64,000 bases of DNA. Source: an uncultured Planctomycetota bacterium (GTDB taxonomy: Bacteria > Planctomycetota > Planctomycetia > Isosphaerales > Isosphaeraceae). The notes under the pieces were generated by a model. It worked only from the letters and a program-made list of their open reading frames with translations. It had not been told where the DNA came from and did not search any database. This document shows positions 29,339-39,073 of the stretch, piece after piece. A program made the position numbers and the translations under genes. The stretch spans positions 3,712,001 to 3,776,000 of the forward strand of contig CAVTTN010000002.1 in assembly GCA_963737655.1 (NCBI GenBank). The letters are read 5' to 3'. Position 1 is the first letter of the stretch. Each line of letters opens with the position of its first letter.

Positions 29339-30235
29339 TTACCCTCGATGTCTCGGCGGTTTCCCGCCCTGATTCGCCTGGTCCAGGAGTCGGCGGAGAC
29401 GCTCGATCTCGGCCTCGGCCTCGGCCCTCCCCCTGGCCTCGACCTCCGCTCGGAGGCCCAGTTCCTCCGCTCTCTTCCGTTCCTCTTCCGCTCGCTTCCG
29501 CTCGTCTTCCGCTCGCTTACGCTCGTCTTCCGCTCGCTTGGCCTCCTTGACCGCCTTCTTCGCTTCCCGGGATGCTCGCTTCGCCTCGCGATCCGCGCGT
29601 TTGCGCTCGGCCTCGGCCTGGGCGACGGCCCGATCGGCCCGGTCGCCTCGCTCGCGAGGAGTCGGCACCCTCCGGCCGGTCTCGGGGTCGAACAGGCGGA
29701 CCTCCCAGCCGTCGGCTTCGAGGTGGAGGCCGAGGACTTCACTCGGCAGACGGCCCTCGACCGCCACGATCGGCCGATACTCCCCCTCGACCCGCCGGAA
29801 GCCTCGGAGGGGCGGGTCGAGATAGTCGCTCTCGGGGTCGAAGAGGAAGTATTCGGCCACTTCCAGGACGTCCCGGTAGAGCTCGAACTTCCCCTCTTCG
29901 TCTTCTTCCTGCGTCGATCGCCACGTCACCTCGACGATGAAATCGGGCGCCTTGCCCCCCTCAATCCAGGTCTTGTAGACCCGGCGTTCGGGGAGCTTGG
30001 GCACGCCCTTGACCAGGAACACGTCGGGGACGACCGACTTCTTCGGCTGCCCTTCGGCGTAATACAGGAACATGTTGCCCGAGACGTAGACCCTCGGGTC
30101 TCGCTCGTGGAGCCAGTCGAGGGTCTCGATCAGGTTCGCCATGTTCTTGCGGTGGAGGGGCGTCTCGCCCATCGGCTGGCCGTCCGATTCGGGGTACTCG
30201 ATGTCGTGGACGGGCTTCTGGAACGAGATCGACAT
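29339..30235 (-). CDS. Uma2 family endonuclease with a C-terminal coiled-coil tail
   Basis: YPESDGQPMGET..H, VPDVFLV, PDFIVEV, EYFLFDP; ERKRAE repeats. Confidence 0.9.
   Translation of the reverse strand: MSISFQKPVHDIEYPESDGQPMGETPLHRKNMANLIETLDWLHERDPRVYVSGNMFLYYAEGQPKKSVVPDVFLVKGVPKLPERRVYKTWIEGGKAPDFIVEVTWRSTQEEDEEGKFELYRDVLEVAEYFLFDPESDYLDPPLRGFRRVEGEYRPIVAVEGRLPSEVLGLHLEADGWEVRLFDPETGRRVPTPRERGDRADRAVAQAEAERKRADREAKRASREAKKAVKEAKRAEDERKRAEDERKRAEEERKRAEELGLRAEVEARGRAEAEAEIERLRRLLDQANQGGKPPRHRG
29461..29540 (-). repeat. 21-bp tandem repeat (about 4 copies) encoding KRAE(D/E)ER heptads
   Basis: cgctcgtcttccgctcgctt(a/c/g) units within the Uma2 tail. Confidence 0.75.
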
Positions 30236-30278
30236 GGTTCGGGCCTCCGGTGGGATGACGCCCCGCCCCGCGACATGC

Positions 30279-31592
30279 TCAGATGAACTCGTTGATGAGG
30301 TTTTCCAGCATCTCCTGCCGGCCGCTCCGGTTCGTGGTCACGTCGCCGATGGCGAAGGCGTGCGCTTCCATGTCGCCGAAGCTGGCCTTGCCGGATTCCA
30401 CCTTCCGGCCGAGAGGGCCGTCCCAGCTCGCGTACCGCTCCTTGACGACCTGCGCGAGGCGGCCGTCTTCGCGGATCGCGTGGGCGATCTTGAGCCCTCG
30501 GGCGAAGGCGTCCATGCCGCCGATGTGGGCGTAGAACAGGTCGATCGGCTCGAAGCTCTCGCGCCGGACCTTGGCGTCGAAGTTCACCCCGCCCGTGGTG
30601 AACCCGCCCATGTCCAGGATCGCCAGCATGCACTTGGAGGTCAGATAGACGTCGGAGGGGAACTGGTCGGTGTCCCAGCCGACGAGCGGGTCTCCGGTGT
30701 TGGCGTCGATCGATCCGAGCGCGTCGGAGGCGATGGCCATCCTCAGCTCGTGGTCCATCTCGTGGCCGGCGAGGGTGGCGTGGTTGGTCTCGACGTTCAT
30801 CTTGAAGTGAGGGAGCAGGTCGTACGTCCGGAGGAAGTTCAGGCAGCTCTCGACGTCCGAATCGTACTGGTGCTTGGTCGGCTCCATCGGCTTGGGCTCG
30901 ATGTAGAACTGGCCGGTGAAGCCGATCTGCTTCTTGTAGTCCACGGCCATGTGGAGGAATCGGGCGAGGTGTTCGATCTCGCGCTTGACGTCGGTGTTCA
31001 GGAGGGTCGAATACCCCTCGCGGCCTCCCCAGAACGTGTATCCCTCGCCTCCGAGGTCCTTCGTCACTTCCATGGCCTTCTTGACCTGGGCCCCGGCGAA
31101 GGCGAAGACGTCGAGGTTCGGGCTGGTGGCGGCCCCGTGCATGAACCGGCGGTTGCTGAAGAGGTTGGCGGTGCCCCAGAGGAGCTTGACCCCGCTCCGT
31201 TCTTGCTCGTCCTTGAGCGCCTTGGCGACGGCGTCGAGGTTCTTGTGGCTGGCCTTGAGGTCCGGGCCTTCGGGCGACACGTCGCGGTCGTGGAACGCGT
31301 AGTAGGGCGCGCCGAGCTTCTCCATGAACTCGAAGGCCACCTTGACCTTGTTCAGGGCATTCTCGAGCGAGCCCGACCCGTCGTCCCAGGGCCGGACGGC
31401 CGTCCCGACCCCGAACGGATCGGACAGGGGGTTGCTGAAGGTGTGCCAGTAGACGACGGAGAATCGCAGGTGGTCCTTCATCGTCTTGCCGCCGACCAGC
31501 TCGTCGGCGTCGTAGTGCTTGAACTCCAGCGGGTTCCGGGACTTCGGGCCGCCGTAAACGATCTTCTTCACGTCCGGAAAGGCTTCGGCCAT
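30279..31592 (-). CDS. xylA: Xylose isomerase (class II)
   Basis: [62 protein letters not shown]. Confidence 0.96.
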   Translation of the reverse strand: MAEAFPDVKKIVYGGPKSRNPLEFKHYDADELVGGKTMKDHLRFSVVYWHTFSNPLSDPFGVGTAVRPWDDGSGSLENALNKVKVAFEFMEKLGAPYYAFHDRDVSPEGPDLKASHKNLDAVAKALKDEQERSGVKLLWGTANLFSNRRFMHGAATSPNLDVFAFAGAQVKKAMEVTKDLGGEGYTFWGGREGYSTLLNTDVKREIEHLARFLHMAVDYKKQIGFTGQFYIEPKPMEPTKHQYDSDVESCLNFLRTYDLLPHFKMNVETNHATLAGHEMDHELRMAIASDALGSIDANTGDPLVGWDTDQFPSDVYLTSKCMLAILDMGGFTTGGVNFDAKVRRESFEPIDLFYAHIGGMDAFARGLKIAHAIREDGRLAQVVKERYASWDGPLGRKVESGKASFGDMEAHAFAIGDVTTNRSGRQEMLENLINEFI

Positions 31593-31792
31593 CGGAATGT
31601 TCTCGCCCGCGAGAGGTGGTGGAGAGAGGGGTGCTCGCCCGCGACAGTCTAAAGGCCCTCCCGGGGCCGGACAACCCCGCCGTGACTCGCCTCGCCAGAC
31701 TTCCGCGATCGCCTCCGGACCGACTCCGGGCTCAGGCTTGCGGCGCCCCCGCCCCCCGGGTCTAATGCGATCTCACCCGGAGTCCCCCGCCG

Positions 31793-33703
31793 ATGACCCG
31801 CCCGCTCCTCGTCCTCGTCCCGCTCCTCCTCGGCCTGCCGGCCTCGTCTCCGGCCGACGATTTCGTCGAGAACGCCCTGGCGAAACCGATCCTCGGCCCC
31901 CGGCAATCGATGGAAGAGGCCCGAGACTTCGTCGAGGCCCGGCTCCCGAGGATGCCGGCCCTGTCCACCGCAGGGGCCTGGCAGATCGAGGCGGCGAGGC
32001 TCCGCGAGGACGTCCTCGATCGGGTCGTCTTCCGGGGGGCCGCCCGGCCATGGAAGGCCCTGCCCTCTCGGGCCGTCCCCGCGGGCGAGATCGACGGTGG
32101 CCCCGGTTACGTCATCAAGAAGCTGCGATTCGAGGTCGTCCCGGGCCTCTGGATTCCCGCCCTCCTCTACGAGCCGACGGACCTTCGCGGCCGGGTGCCC
32201 GTCGTCCTGAACGTCAACGGCCACGACGCCAAGGGCATGGCCGCCGATTACAAGCAATTGCGTTGCATCAACCTGGCGAAGCGAGGAATCCTGGCGCTCA
32301 GCCTCGAATGGTTCGGCATGGGCCAATTGAAGGGCAAGGGCTTCTCCCACGGCCTCATCAACGCCATCGACTTGACGGGGACGAGCGGGATCGCCCTGCA
32401 TTACCTGGCGATGACCCGGGGGATCGACATTCTTTTGAGTCAACCGAACGCCGATCCGTCGCGAATCGGCGTCACCGGCCTCTCGGGCGGCGGCTGGCAG
32501 ACCATCTTCGTCTCCGGGCTCGACCCGCGAGTGACGCTCTCCGACCCCGTCGCCGGCTATTCCAGCTTCTTCACCCGGACTCGCCATCTCGAAGACCTCG
32601 GCGACTCCGAGCAGACCCCGTGCGACCTCGGCACGGTCGTCGATTACACGCACCTGACCGCCCTGAGGGCCCCGAATCCCACCCTCCTGACGTTCAATGC
32701 GAAGGACAATTGCTGCTTCGCCGCCCCCCACGCCCTCCCGCCTCTCCTGGAGGCCGCCGGCCCGGTCTTCCGCCTGTTCGGCCGGGAAGGGAACCTGCGG
32801 AGCCACGTGAACCTCGTCCCCGGCACCCACAATTACGAGAGGGACAACCGCGAGGCCCTCTATCAGATGATCGCCGACCATTGGTCCTCGACGGCTCAGC
32901 CCTTCAACCCCCGCGAGGTCCCTTCGGAATCCGAGATCCGCACGCCGGAGGCCCTGAAGGTGGACCTCCCGGCCGAGAATCTCGACTTCCGCAAGCTGGC
33001 GATCGCCCTCGGCCACGGGCTCCCGAACCATGCTTCGCCCGCCTCCGCCGAAGGCCAGGCCCGGCTCCGGGGGATCGTCCGCCCGTTCGCCCCGCCGGCC
33101 TCGGCCCGAAAGCTCGGCGAGGACCGCTCGGGCGAACTCCTCGTGAGCTTCTGGACCCTGAAGGTCGGCACGTCGTGGACCGTCCCGGCCGTCGAGATCT
33201 CCCGAGGGGAGCCGTCGAAGACCGCCTTGCTGATCTCCGATACCGGCCGGAAGTCGGAGGCGGCCCATGCGAGGGCGTTGATCGAAGACGGCTATCGGGT
33301 CGTGGCGATCGACCCCTTCTATTTCGGCGAGGGCAAGGTCGCGGAGCACGATTACCTGTTCGCCCTGATGCTCGGGACGGTCGGCGAACGCCCCCTCGGA
33401 ATCGAGGCAGGCCAGGTGATCGCGGCGGCCCGTTGGCTCTCGGCACGGGACGGCCGCCCGCCGGTCGTGGCAACGAGCGGCCCCCGGACCGCCCTGATCG
33501 GCCTGACGGCCGCCGCGTTGGAGCCGAAGGCCATCGCGGGCGTCGAGACGTTCACTCCGCCGACGAGCTTCGCCGACCTCCTGGAAAGCGGCCAGGAATT
33601 CTCGGCCCGGCCCGAGGCATTCTGCTTCGGACTCTTCGAAGCGTTCGAGGTCAAGGACATCGCCGGTCTCGTCGCGCCAGGGGCCGTCCGTGAGCGGAAA
33701 TGA
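31793..33703 (+). CDS. Secreted alpha/beta hydrolase (acetyl xylan esterase-like, two-domain)
   Basis: Signal peptide; VNGH, DPSRIGVTGLSGGG nucleophile elbow, GTHNY. Confidence 0.82.
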   Translation: MTRPLLVLVPLLLGLPASSPADDFVENALAKPILGPRQSMEEARDFVEARLPRMPALSTAGAWQIEAARLREDVLDRVVFRGAARPWKALPSRAVPAGEIDGGPGYVIKKLRFEVVPGLWIPALLYEPTDLRGRVPVVLNVNGHDAKGMAADYKQLRCINLAKRGILALSLEWFGMGQLKGKGFSHGLINAIDLTGTSGIALHYLAMTRGIDILLSQPNADPSRIGVTGLSGGGWQTIFVSGLDPRVTLSDPVAGYSSFFTRTRHLEDLGDSEQTPCDLGTVVDYTHLTALRAPNPTLLTFNAKDNCCFAAPHALPPLLEAAGPVFRLFGREGNLRSHVNLVPGTHNYERDNREALYQMIADHWSSTAQPFNPREVPSESEIRTPEALKVDLPAENLDFRKLAIALGHGLPNHASPASAEGQARLRGIVRPFAPPASARKLGEDRSGELLVSFWTLKVGTSWTVPAVEISRGEPSKTALLISDTGRKSEAAHARALIEDGYRVVAIDPFYFGEGKVAEHDYLFALMLGTVGERPLGIEAGQVIAAARWLSARDGRPPVVATSGPRTALIGLTAAALEPKAIAGVETFTPPTSFADLLESGQEFSARPEAFCFGLFEAFEVKDIAGLVAPGAVRERK

Positions 33704-33757
33704 CGCCGGCGCCGCACGATCTCCGGCCCGCTCCTCCGCGCCCCCCGATTCGACGGC

Positions 33758-33785
33758 TTGACGCCGGCCCCCTCTTGCTTATGAT
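33758..33785 (+). promoter_or_regulatory. Sigma70-like promoter of the metal-efflux operon
   Basis: TTGACG-N16-TATGAT about 45 nt before GTG 33832. Confidence 0.55.
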
Positions 33786-33831
33786 AGACGGGAACGTTCC
33801 TCGATCCCCGCCCTCGCCAGGTCGCCCGCCC

Positions 33832-34203
33832 GTGCGATCCTTCCTCTCGCTGATCTTGATCGGTTTGCTCGCGACGTGCCCGATCGTGTGCGGGACCGCA
33901 CACGCCGGGTCCGAGGGCGGTGGCCATGCCTCGGGCCACGATCACGGGTCGTCTCCCCTGCCGGCGCCGGCCAACGACGACAATTGCCTGTGCGCCGGGG
34001 CCCTGAAGGCGCTCGACTCGCTCGCCGGCCTCGACCATTTCGATCCCTCCGGCCTCCCCCAGCCGTTCGATTCGCCGTTCGGCCTGGTCGAATTGATCTC
34101 GCCCCTGGTCCTCGAAGACCCCGCCGCCGTCGCATTCTTCGAGAGGGCCTCCGCCGCCGGAGACCCGGGCCCCCGTGCGCACGGCGCGATCCTGCGCTGC
34201 CAG
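33832..34203 (+). CDS. Small Cys/His-rich exported protein upstream of czcBA (3' end uncertain; apparent stop loss)
   Basis: Hydrophobic N-terminus with CPIVC, GHASGHDHG, DNCLC; the frame runs on past ..AILRC without a stop. Confidence 0.5.
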
Positions 34204-34390
34204 ATCTCACTCCGGATCGCGATGCCCCGCGCGGCCGCCCTCTCGGGAGGCTCGTCGCGGGCCGATGTCTCGCCGTCCTCTCGTTGTCCGAGAGCGTGGC
34301 AACGGCCGCCGAACTCGTTTGGCGATCGCAGACGCCGGTCGGGCCGCTCATGGCCCGGTCATTTCGAGCTCGAGAGTGGGAGATCCCTCC

Positions 34391-35728
34391 ATGAGACGGT
34401 TCCTCGTCGTCGGGGCCTTCGCGGTCGTCGTCATCGCCGCCGGCAGCTTCTTCGCCGCCCTGAAGTACCGTCCCGCCTTGCTGCCGTCCTGGGCCCGCGC
34501 CCCGTTCGAGAAGTCCGAGGCCTCGGCCGACGACTCCTCGACCGAGACGCCCGACGTCTCGTCCCTGGAAGACGCCCCGGACGACGGCTATTGCGCCCAT
34601 GCCGGCAAGACCTCGGCCGAAGGCTGCAAGCCCTCCCTGCCCACCGTCCGGCTCGATTCGAAGGAGACCGCCGCCGAGATCGGCCTGAGGGTCGCGGCGG
34701 CCGAATCGCGCGAGGTGGGCCCGACCGTCTCGGGAAATGCGGAGATCACCTACGCATCTCACGATTATGCTCATGTCACGTCCCGGGTCAACGGCCGGGT
34801 CTCGGCCGTCCCGGCCGACGAGGGGCAAATCGTCACGGCCGGTCAGGTCCTGGTCGTGGTCGATTCCGCCGAGGTCGGCACGGCCAAGGCGCAATACCTG
34901 TCGCTCGTGCCGGTCGCGCAGCTCGCCCGCGACAATTACGATCGATTCGCGAAGCTCGAAGCCTCGGGCGCCGAGGCGAAGCGGACCGTGATCGCGGCGA
35001 AATCCGACCTGAACCGGGTCGAGGCGGACCTCATGAAGGCCCGCCAGCAGCTCCTGAACCTCGGCTATACCGACAAGAGGATCGCCGAGATCGAGAAGAC
35101 CCGCGACACCTCGAACTTCATCGAGGTGCTTGCGCCGATGGACGGCACGCTGGTCGAGAGGCACGCGATCATCGGCGAGGCCGTCGGCCCACCGAGCGGC
35201 CTGGTGACGACCCAGCAAATGAACTCTCTTTTTGAGATCACCGATCTTCACCACCTCTGGTGCTGGGTCGACGTGTATGAGGCCGACGTCCCGTCCGTGA
35301 GGGTCGGCCAGCCGATGAGGTTCACCATCTCCGGGACGGAGTCGCCGGTCTTCTCGGGCCACGTCGAGCTGATCGGCTTCGCCGTGAACCCGGCGACGAG
35401 GACCGTCCGCGTCCGGGCCGAGGTCGAGAACATCGACGGCCGGCTCCGCGCGAACCAGTTCGGCCGCGGGGTGATCCAGGTCGGCCCGAAGCGGAAGGCC
35501 GTGGTCGTGCCGAGGGAAGCCGTCCAGAACGACGGTGCGGAACAGTTCGTCTTCCTCCCCAGGGACGACGGCCTCCGCTTCCGGACCCAGAGGGTCACCA
35601 CGCGAAAGATCGACATCCCGGGACTGGTCGAGATCTCGTGGGGCCTGGAGCCGGGGTCGTCGGTCGTGACCACCGGGTCCTTCCTTCTCAAGAGCGAGCT
35701 GTTCAAGGCGAGCCTCGGCGGAGAGTGA
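34391..35728 (+). CDS. czcB: Heavy-metal RND efflux periplasmic adaptor subunit
   Basis: N-terminal TM; VTSRVNGRV, APMDGTLV, TRTVRVRAEVEN.DGRLR, VVPREAVQ, GSFLLKSEL. Confidence 0.88.
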   Translation: MRRFLVVGAFAVVVIAAGSFFAALKYRPALLPSWARAPFEKSEASADDSSTETPDVSSLEDAPDDGYCAHAGKTSAEGCKPSLPTVRLDSKETAAEIGLRVAAAESREVGPTVSGNAEITYASHDYAHVTSRVNGRVSAVPADEGQIVTAGQVLVVVDSAEVGTAKAQYLSLVPVAQLARDNYDRFAKLEASGAEAKRTVIAAKSDLNRVEADLMKARQQLLNLGYTDKRIAEIEKTRDTSNFIEVLAPMDGTLVERHAIIGEAVGPPSGLVTTQQMNSLFEITDLHHLWCWVDVYEADVPSVRVGQPMRFTISGTESPVFSGHVELIGFAVNPATRTVRVRAEVENIDGRLRANQFGRGVIQVGPKRKAVVVPREAVQNDGAEQFVFLPRDDGLRFRTQRVTTRKIDIPGLVEISWGLEPGSSVVTTGSFLLKSELFKASLGGE

Positions 35729-35813
35729 CGCTCCGCCCCCGAAAATCGCCGGGAGGGGGCCGGATTCGCCCCCGAGGACTCGACTTCACCGCCCACTCGA
35801 CCCGAGACGACTC

Positions 35814-38800
35814 ATGCTCAACGCCCTGATCGGCTTCAGCCTCCGCAACCGCTTCGTCGTCCTCCTCGCCGCCGCGTTGCTGATCTACATCGGCGTGAAG
35901 TCCGCGCTGGAGCTGCCGCTCGACGCCTTCCCCGACACCACGCCCAACCAGGTCCAGATCAACGCGGTGGCCCCCGCGCTGTCGCCCGAGGAGATCGAGC
36001 GGCAGGTCACGTACCCGGTGGAGCTGTCCCTCGGAGGGCTGAAGGGGCTGAGCGAGGTCCGCTCGGTGTCCAAGTTCGGCCTCTCGCAGGTCGTGGCGAT
36101 CTTTGATGACGACGTGGACATCTATTTCGCCCGCCAGCAGATCAACGAGAGGCTGGGCGACCTGCAACTCCCGTCCGGGATCGCCAAGCCGGTGATGGGG
36201 CCGGTCGCCACCGGGCTGGGCGAGGTCTACCACTACTATCTTTCCAGCGACACCCTGGACCTCATGGAGCTCCGCACCCTCCACGATTGGGTGGTCCGCC
36301 CCCGGCTCCGCCGGGTCGCGGGGATCGCCGAGGTCAACACCCTCGGCGGCCTGGCGAAGCAGTATCAGGTGCTCGTCGAACCCGACAAGCTCGCCAAGTA
36401 CACGCTCACCCTCGACGACGTGATCAAGGCGCTCAACGACAACAACGAGAACGTCGGCGGAGGCCCCGTCGATCGCGCGGGCGAGACCTATCTGGTCCAG
36501 GGGATCGGCCTCGCCAGGTCGATCGACGAGATCGCCGGGATCGTGATCACCACGAAGGACGGCATCCCGATCCGCATCCGAGACATTGGCGCGGTGGACC
36601 TCGGCTCGGCGATCCGCCGGGGCGGCACCACGGCCGACGGCAAGGGCGAAGTGGTCCTCGGCCTCGCCTTCATGAGGATGGGCGAGAATTCCCGAGACGT
36701 GACGATGGCCATCGAGGAGGCCATGAAGGACGTCCGCCGCCTCCTGCCGAAGGAGGCGAAGGTCACCGTCGTCTACCGCCGGACGGACCTCGTCAACCAC
36801 GTCCTGGAGACCGTCGAGCGCAACCTGTTCGAAGGGGCGGTCCTGGTGATCGCCGTCCTGTTCGCCTTCCTCGGCAACCTCCGCGCGGGGATCATCGTCG
36901 CCAGCGCCATCCCGCTGTCGATGCTGTTCGCCGTGACGATGATGCAGAAGGTCGGCATCGCCGGCAGCCTGATGAGCCTGGGCGCGATCGACTTCGGCCT
37001 GGTCGTGGACAGCTCCGTGGTGATGGTCGAGAACTGCGTCCACCACCTCGCCCACCAGGAGCGAGGCAAGACGAAGCTGGACATCGTCGAGGAGGCGGCC
37101 GTGGAGGTCCGCAAGCCGACGATGTTCGGCGAGCTGATCATCATGATCGTCTATCTGCCGATCTTGACGCTTCAAGGCGTCGAGGGGAAGCTGTTCCGGC
37201 CGATGGCGCTCACCGTGGTCTTCGCCCTCGCGGCGTCGATGGTGCTCTCGCTCACGCTGATGCCCGTCCTCGCCTCGCTCGGGCTCCAGCGCGGCGACAA
37301 GGACAAGAAGACGATCGTCGATCGGATCTTCCTGGCGATCTATCGGCCGGTCCTCCACGTGGCGATGAAATTCCCGGTTTTGACCCTCCTCGGGGTGCTC
37401 TCGTTGACGATCGGGACGACGCTCCTGGGCTTCACGCTCGGTTCGGAATTCATCCCCAGGCTGAGCGAGGGGACGCTCGTCTTCAACACGATCCGGCTGG
37501 CCAGCGTCAGCCTGGACGAATCCCAGCGTTACGGCACCAGGATCGAAGAAATCATCAAGAAAAAATTCCCCGACGAGGTCGAGCACACCTGGACCCGAAC
37601 CGGGACCGCCGAGGTCGCCACCGACCCGATGGGCCTCGAAACCAGCGACGTGTTCGTCTCCCTCAAACCCCGGAGCCAGTGGAAGCGGGCGAAGACGCAG
37701 GAACAGCTCGTCGAGGAGATGGCGAAGGTCACCGAGGCCCTGCCCGGGATGGTCGCCGTGTTCAGCCAGCCCATCGAGCAACGGATCAACGAGATGATCG
37801 CCGGCATTCGCGCCGACCTCGGCGTGAAGCTGTTCGGCGATGACCTGGACGTCCTCAAGGCCAAGGCGGCCGAGATCGAACGAGTCCTGAAGAGGATCCC
37901 GGGCGCCGCCGACGTGGCGGCCGAACAGATCACGGGATTGCCCGTCTTGAAGGTCGAAGTCGATCGCCAGGCGGTCTCGCGATACGGGGTCTCGACCCGT
38001 CAGGTCCTCGACGCCGTGGCGGCCGTCGGCGGCATCCAGGTCGGCGAGATCCGCGAGGGGGAGCGGCGGTTCCCCCTCGTCGTCAGGCTCCCGGAGCACG
38101 ACCGCAGCGACCCCGCGAGCCTCGAATCGATCCTCATCACCACCGCCGATGGCCAGCGCCTGCCGATCACCCGACTCGCCCGATTCGAGACGAGAGAAGG
38201 CCCGTCCACGATCCAGAGGGAATGGGGCAAGCGGCGGATCGTGGTGCAGGCGAACGTCCGAGGCCGGGACGTCGGCTCGTTCGTCGCCGACGCCCAGAAG
38301 GCGATCGCGGAGAAGGTCCAGCCCGGCCTGCCTCGGGGCTACACGATCGAATGGGGCGGCCAGTTCGAGAACATGATCCGCGCCGAGAAACGGCTGTGGC
38401 TGGTCGTGCCTCTGGCCCTGGTGCTGACGCTCAGCTTGCTCTATCTGACGTTCTCGTCGGTCCGCGACGCCCTGATGATCTTCAGCGGGGTCCTGTTCGC
38501 GAGGGTCGGCGGGGTGATCGGCCTGTACCTCACGAATCAGCCGTTCACGATCTCGGCGGGCGTCGGGTTCGTGGCCCTGGCGGGCGCCTCGATGCTCGAA
38601 GGATTGGTGCTGGTCAGCGCCATCCGGGACCGGATGACCCACGGGATGGGCAAGAAATCCGCGATCGAAGACGCCGCGATGGCCAGGCTCCGGCCCGTCC
38701 TCATGACGGGCACCGTCGCCTCGCTCGGGTTCGTCCCGATGATGCTCTCGACCGGCATCGGCGCCGAGGTCCAGCGCCCTCTGGCCACGGTGGTCGTCTT

Positions 38801-39005
38801 CGGCATGGCCTGCGACACCTTCCTGACCATGCTCGCCCTGCCGTCGCTCTACCTCCTCTTCGGCAAGGACCTCCGAACCGGCTCGCCGGCCGGAGGACAT
38901 CCCGAGGACGGCCAGGCCGAAAACCAACCCCGCAGCGCGACGAACGGCGACCACGCCGCTCCTCCCGCGAAGGAGATCGGAGCGGTCCCGAGCCTCAGTC
39001 CGTGA
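35814..39005 (+). CDS. czcA: CusA/CzcA family heavy-metal RND transporter
   Basis: LPLDAFPDTT, GPVATGLGE, NLFEGA, SLMSLGAIDFGLVVDSSVVMVEN, RLRPVLMT, GAEVQRPLATVV. Confidence 0.94.
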   Translation: MLNALIGFSLRNRFVVLLAAALLIYIGVKSALELPLDAFPDTTPNQVQINAVAPALSPEEIERQVTYPVELSLGGLKGLSEVRSVSKFGLSQVVAIFDDDVDIYFARQQINERLGDLQLPSGIAKPVMGPVATGLGEVYHYYLSSDTLDLMELRTLHDWVVRPRLRRVAGIAEVNTLGGLAKQYQVLVEPDKLAKYTLTLDDVIKALNDNNENVGGGPVDRAGETYLVQGIGLARSIDEIAGIVITTKDGIPIRIRDIGAVDLGSAIRRGGTTADGKGEVVLGLAFMRMGENSRDVTMAIEEAMKDVRRLLPKEAKVTVVYRRTDLVNHVLETVERNLFEGAVLVIAVLFAFLGNLRAGIIVASAIPLSMLFAVTMMQKVGIAGSLMSLGAIDFGLVVDSSVVMVENCVHHLAHQERGKTKLDIVEEAAVEVRKPTMFGELIIMIVYLPILTLQGVEGKLFRPMALTVVFALAASMVLSLTLMPVLASLGLQRGDKDKKTIVDRIFLAIYRPVLHVAMKFPVLTLLGVLSLTIGTTLLGFTLGSEFIPRLSEGTLVFNTIRLASVSLDESQRYGTRIEEIIKKKFPDEVEHTWTRTGTAEVATDPMGLETSDVFVSLKPRSQWKRAKTQEQLVEEMAKVTEALPGMVAVFSQPIEQRINEMIAGIRADLGVKLFGDDLDVLKAKAAEIERVLKRIPGAADVAAEQITGLPVLKVEVDRQAVSRYGVSTRQVLDAVAAVGGIQVGEIREGERRFPLVVRLPEHDRSDPASLESILITTADGQRLPITRLARFETREGPSTIQREWGKRRIVVQANVRGRDVGSFVADAQKAIAEKVQPGLPRGYTIEWGGQFENMIRAEKRLWLVVPLALVLTLSLLYLTFSSVRDALMIFSGVLFARVGGVIGLYLTNQPFTISAGVGFVALAGASMLEGLVLVSAIRDRMTHGMGKKSAIEDAAMARLRPVLMTGTVASLGFVPMMLSTGIGAEVQRPLATVVVFGMACDTFLTMLALPSLYLLFGKDLRTGSPAGGHPEDGQAENQPRSATNGDHAAPPAKEIGAVPSLSP

Positions 39006-39073
39006 GGCTCGGGAGCGAGACCTGACCGGCCATCGGTCGTCGCCATCCCGGCGAATCGACCCGCAAACGTCCT

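Noticed and set aside
33700..35235. 511-aa ORF spanning the metal-efflux leader and czcB
   Set aside because: Only about 33832-34200 looks protein-like; the rest is off-frame overlap with czcB.
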